Source: a virus
Taxonomy: Duplodnaviria > Caudoviricetes
Direction: 5' to 3' (one strand)
DNA: 46,905 nucleotides
Virus record (IMG/VR): IMGVR_UViG_3300023283_000212
Span: 1-46,905 of that record
Positions within the stretch are counted from its first letter, which is position 1, and every line of letters starts with the position of its first letter. Positions 45,226 through 46,905 of this stretch are shown piece after piece. The notes under the pieces were generated by a model. That model saw nothing but the letters and a program-made list of their open reading frames with translations, was not told where the DNA came from and did not search any database. The position numbers and the translations under genes are program-made.

Positions 45226-46905
45226 TGAATCTCCCGAGCTACGACGAGATCTTGCGCGGGCGGGTTCGGCAGCCCGGGGAGCTTCCCGCCAAGATCACCC
45301 CGGAGCAGGCCGGCACGTGGGCGTCCGGAGAAGCGCGGCATCGGCAGCGGCAATCGATGCTCGGGCCGCGGGCGCAAAAGCTTTCCGAGCTCCCCGAGGC
45401 GATCACCTTGGAGCAGGCCGGCGCGTGGGCGGTGGCAGACGACGAATACCGGGCGCGGCGCTCGGCGATGGCCCGCCGCGGCGCCAAGCTCGAACACCTG
45501 AACCGGCACGTAGAGAAGAAGCGCAAGCTCGGCCTCTCCGAGGAAGCGACCTGGAACTACTGGCAGCAGCGGGTCCCCTTCGGGGGCGGCGGCGTCGCGC
45601 TGCACAATTTGCAGGTGGCGGCGGCGGCGCGGCGCTACGAGCAGGGGACCGCGACCGAGCGCGATTTCGATCTGCTCTCGGATTATCTCGTCGGCCAGGA
45701 AGTGGAAGACCGGAAGGGCTTCGGCCGGCAAGTGTTCGACGTCGTCAGCCGGATGCCGGGCTACGTGGGCGAGTTTCTCGCCACCGGGCCGGCCTACCGC
45801 GCGACGCGCGGCGTCGCGGGATCGCTGCTCCGCGAGGGGACCAGACAGGGAGTGGCGAAGCTGGTGGCGCGGAACCTGGCCCGCGGCGCCGGACTGGCCG
45901 GCCGCTCGGCGGCGCTACCGACGATGATCGCCGAACATGCATCGCGGCAGCTGTTGCCCGGCGCGCAGGCGTGGCGCGGCGAGGAGGACCAGATTCGCTA
46001 CCACGTGGTAGCGAACCAAGAGAGCTTCGTGTCGCAGCTCCCCAAGGGCTTTCTGCAGACCTTTATCGAGCTCGGCAGCGAGATGGCCGGCGGCCATCTG
46101 ATGGATGTCTTCGGGCGGCTCGGGTCCCGGGTGCCGGGCTTCAAGCGGGCGGCGAAATGGCTGGCCGATTTGCCGCAGGGATCGAGGCTGCGGCTCTTCC
46201 ACGAGCACGTCATCCGGCGGTGGCTGCTCGATGCGCCCGGGCGGACCCCCGGGATGATCGACGATGCGCTGCGGGCCGGCGGTTACAACGGATGGCTCGC
46301 CGAAATGCTCGAAGAGCGCCTCGGCGATCTGCTCCGCGGCACCACGACCCTTCAGCCGGTGCCAGAACTCCAACTGCGAGAAGGATTCGGCACCCTCGGC
46401 GAGCTCGATACGCGGCGCGGATGGGAGCAGATGCTGATCGAGTTTGTCGCTTTCCAGGTCTTTCCGGTCGCGCGGGAGATCGGGAAACGGTTCATCGCCG
46501 AGCCGTCCCGCAAAAACTACGAGGCGGCGCATCCGGACGGGGAGCGGAGGAGCGCCGCAGAGCGGCGGCGGATCGCGGCCGAAGATCGCGAACTCTCAAA
46601 AGAGTACGCGGACCTCGACGAGCTGCTCGAGAAGTTCTACCAGGGGACAATGAACACCGACGAGCGGGAACGTCTCGATCGCATCCTGGACGAGCTGCCC
46701 GCGGTAGACGCGGACGCCTCGGCCGGGCAGCAGCCGCCCGACATTCGGGGCGAGATCGAAGCGCTCCGCGCGGCCGAGCAGCCCGGGCAGCAGCCACCCG
46801 ACATTCGGGGCGAGATCGAAGCGCTCCGCGCGGCCGAGCAGCCCGAGCAGCAGCCACCCGACATTCGGGGCGAGATCGAAGCGCTCCGCGCGGCCGAGCA
46901 GCCCG
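45225..46905 (+). CDS. N-terminal part of the giant polyvalent ejection protein (continues at position 128)
   Basis: ATG 45225 (TGATG coupling, GGAG RBS) is in frame with position 1 through the overlap, giving about 2,937 aa in total. Confidence 0.8.
   Translation, partial: MNLPSYDEILRGRVRQPGELPAKITPEQAGTWASGEARHRQRQSMLGPRAQKLSELPEAITLEQAGAWAVADDEYRARRSAMARRGAKLEHLNRHVEKKRKLGLSEEATWNYWQQRVPFGGGGVALHNLQVAAAARRYEQGTATERDFDLLSDYLVGQEVEDRKGFGRQVFDVVSRMPGYVGEFLATGPAYRATRGVAGSLLREGTRQGVAKLVARNLARGAGLAGRSAALPTMIAEHASRQLLPGAQAWRGEEDQIRYHVVANQESFVSQLPKGFLQTFIELGSEMAGGHLMDVFGRLGSRVPGFKRAAKWLADLPQGSRLRLFHEHVIRRWLLDAPGRTPGMIDDALRAGGYNGWLAEMLEERLGDLLRGTTTLQPVPELQLREGFGTLGELDTRRGWEQMLIEFVAFQVFPVAREIGKRFIAEPSRKNYEAAHPDGERRSAAERRRIAAEDRELSKEYADLDELLEKFYQGTMNTDERERLDRILDELPAVDADASAGQQPPDIRGEIEALRAAEQPGQQPPDIRGEIEALRAAEQPEQQPPDIRGEIEALRAAEQP

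Noticed and set aside
46779-46905. Biological terminal repeat of the virion DNA
   Set aside because: 127 bp equals a common assembler k-mer and the overlap falls in a coding tandem repeat. It indicates an assembly circle, and the repeat copy number at the join is uncertain.

Overview
The window looks like a complete, circularly permuted (127-bp terminal overlap) GC-rich temperate podovirus-like phage of about 46.8 kb. Its host is most likely a Planctomycetota bacterium, inferred from protein families. Layout: attP-like 3' fragment of tRNA-Glu(CTC) and a tyrosine integrase; an early region with csrA; a lower-GC accessory array; a replication gene with iterons; a decayed csf1-like relic; a divergent-promoter/RHH switch; a protease-type putative lysis block; a serine recombinase; terminase, portal, scaffold, capsid and short-tail genes; and ejection proteins ending in a ~2,937-aa polyvalent protein that spans the contig junction. 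The main finding is at 10.6-17.0 kb: an integron-like cassette array inside the phage, with no intI gene. It has 10 attC-like hairpins (8 near-intact, 2 decayed) and 4 short simple (attI-like) sites. All attC-like sites are inverted relative to the genes. Each cassette therefore carries its attC at the 5' end, often with the RBS and start codon inside the hairpin, and ends at the AA|C crossover, usually on its stop codon. Most cassette ends are 8-11-nt complements of the cassette's own attC core, as expected for units that once existed as excised circles.
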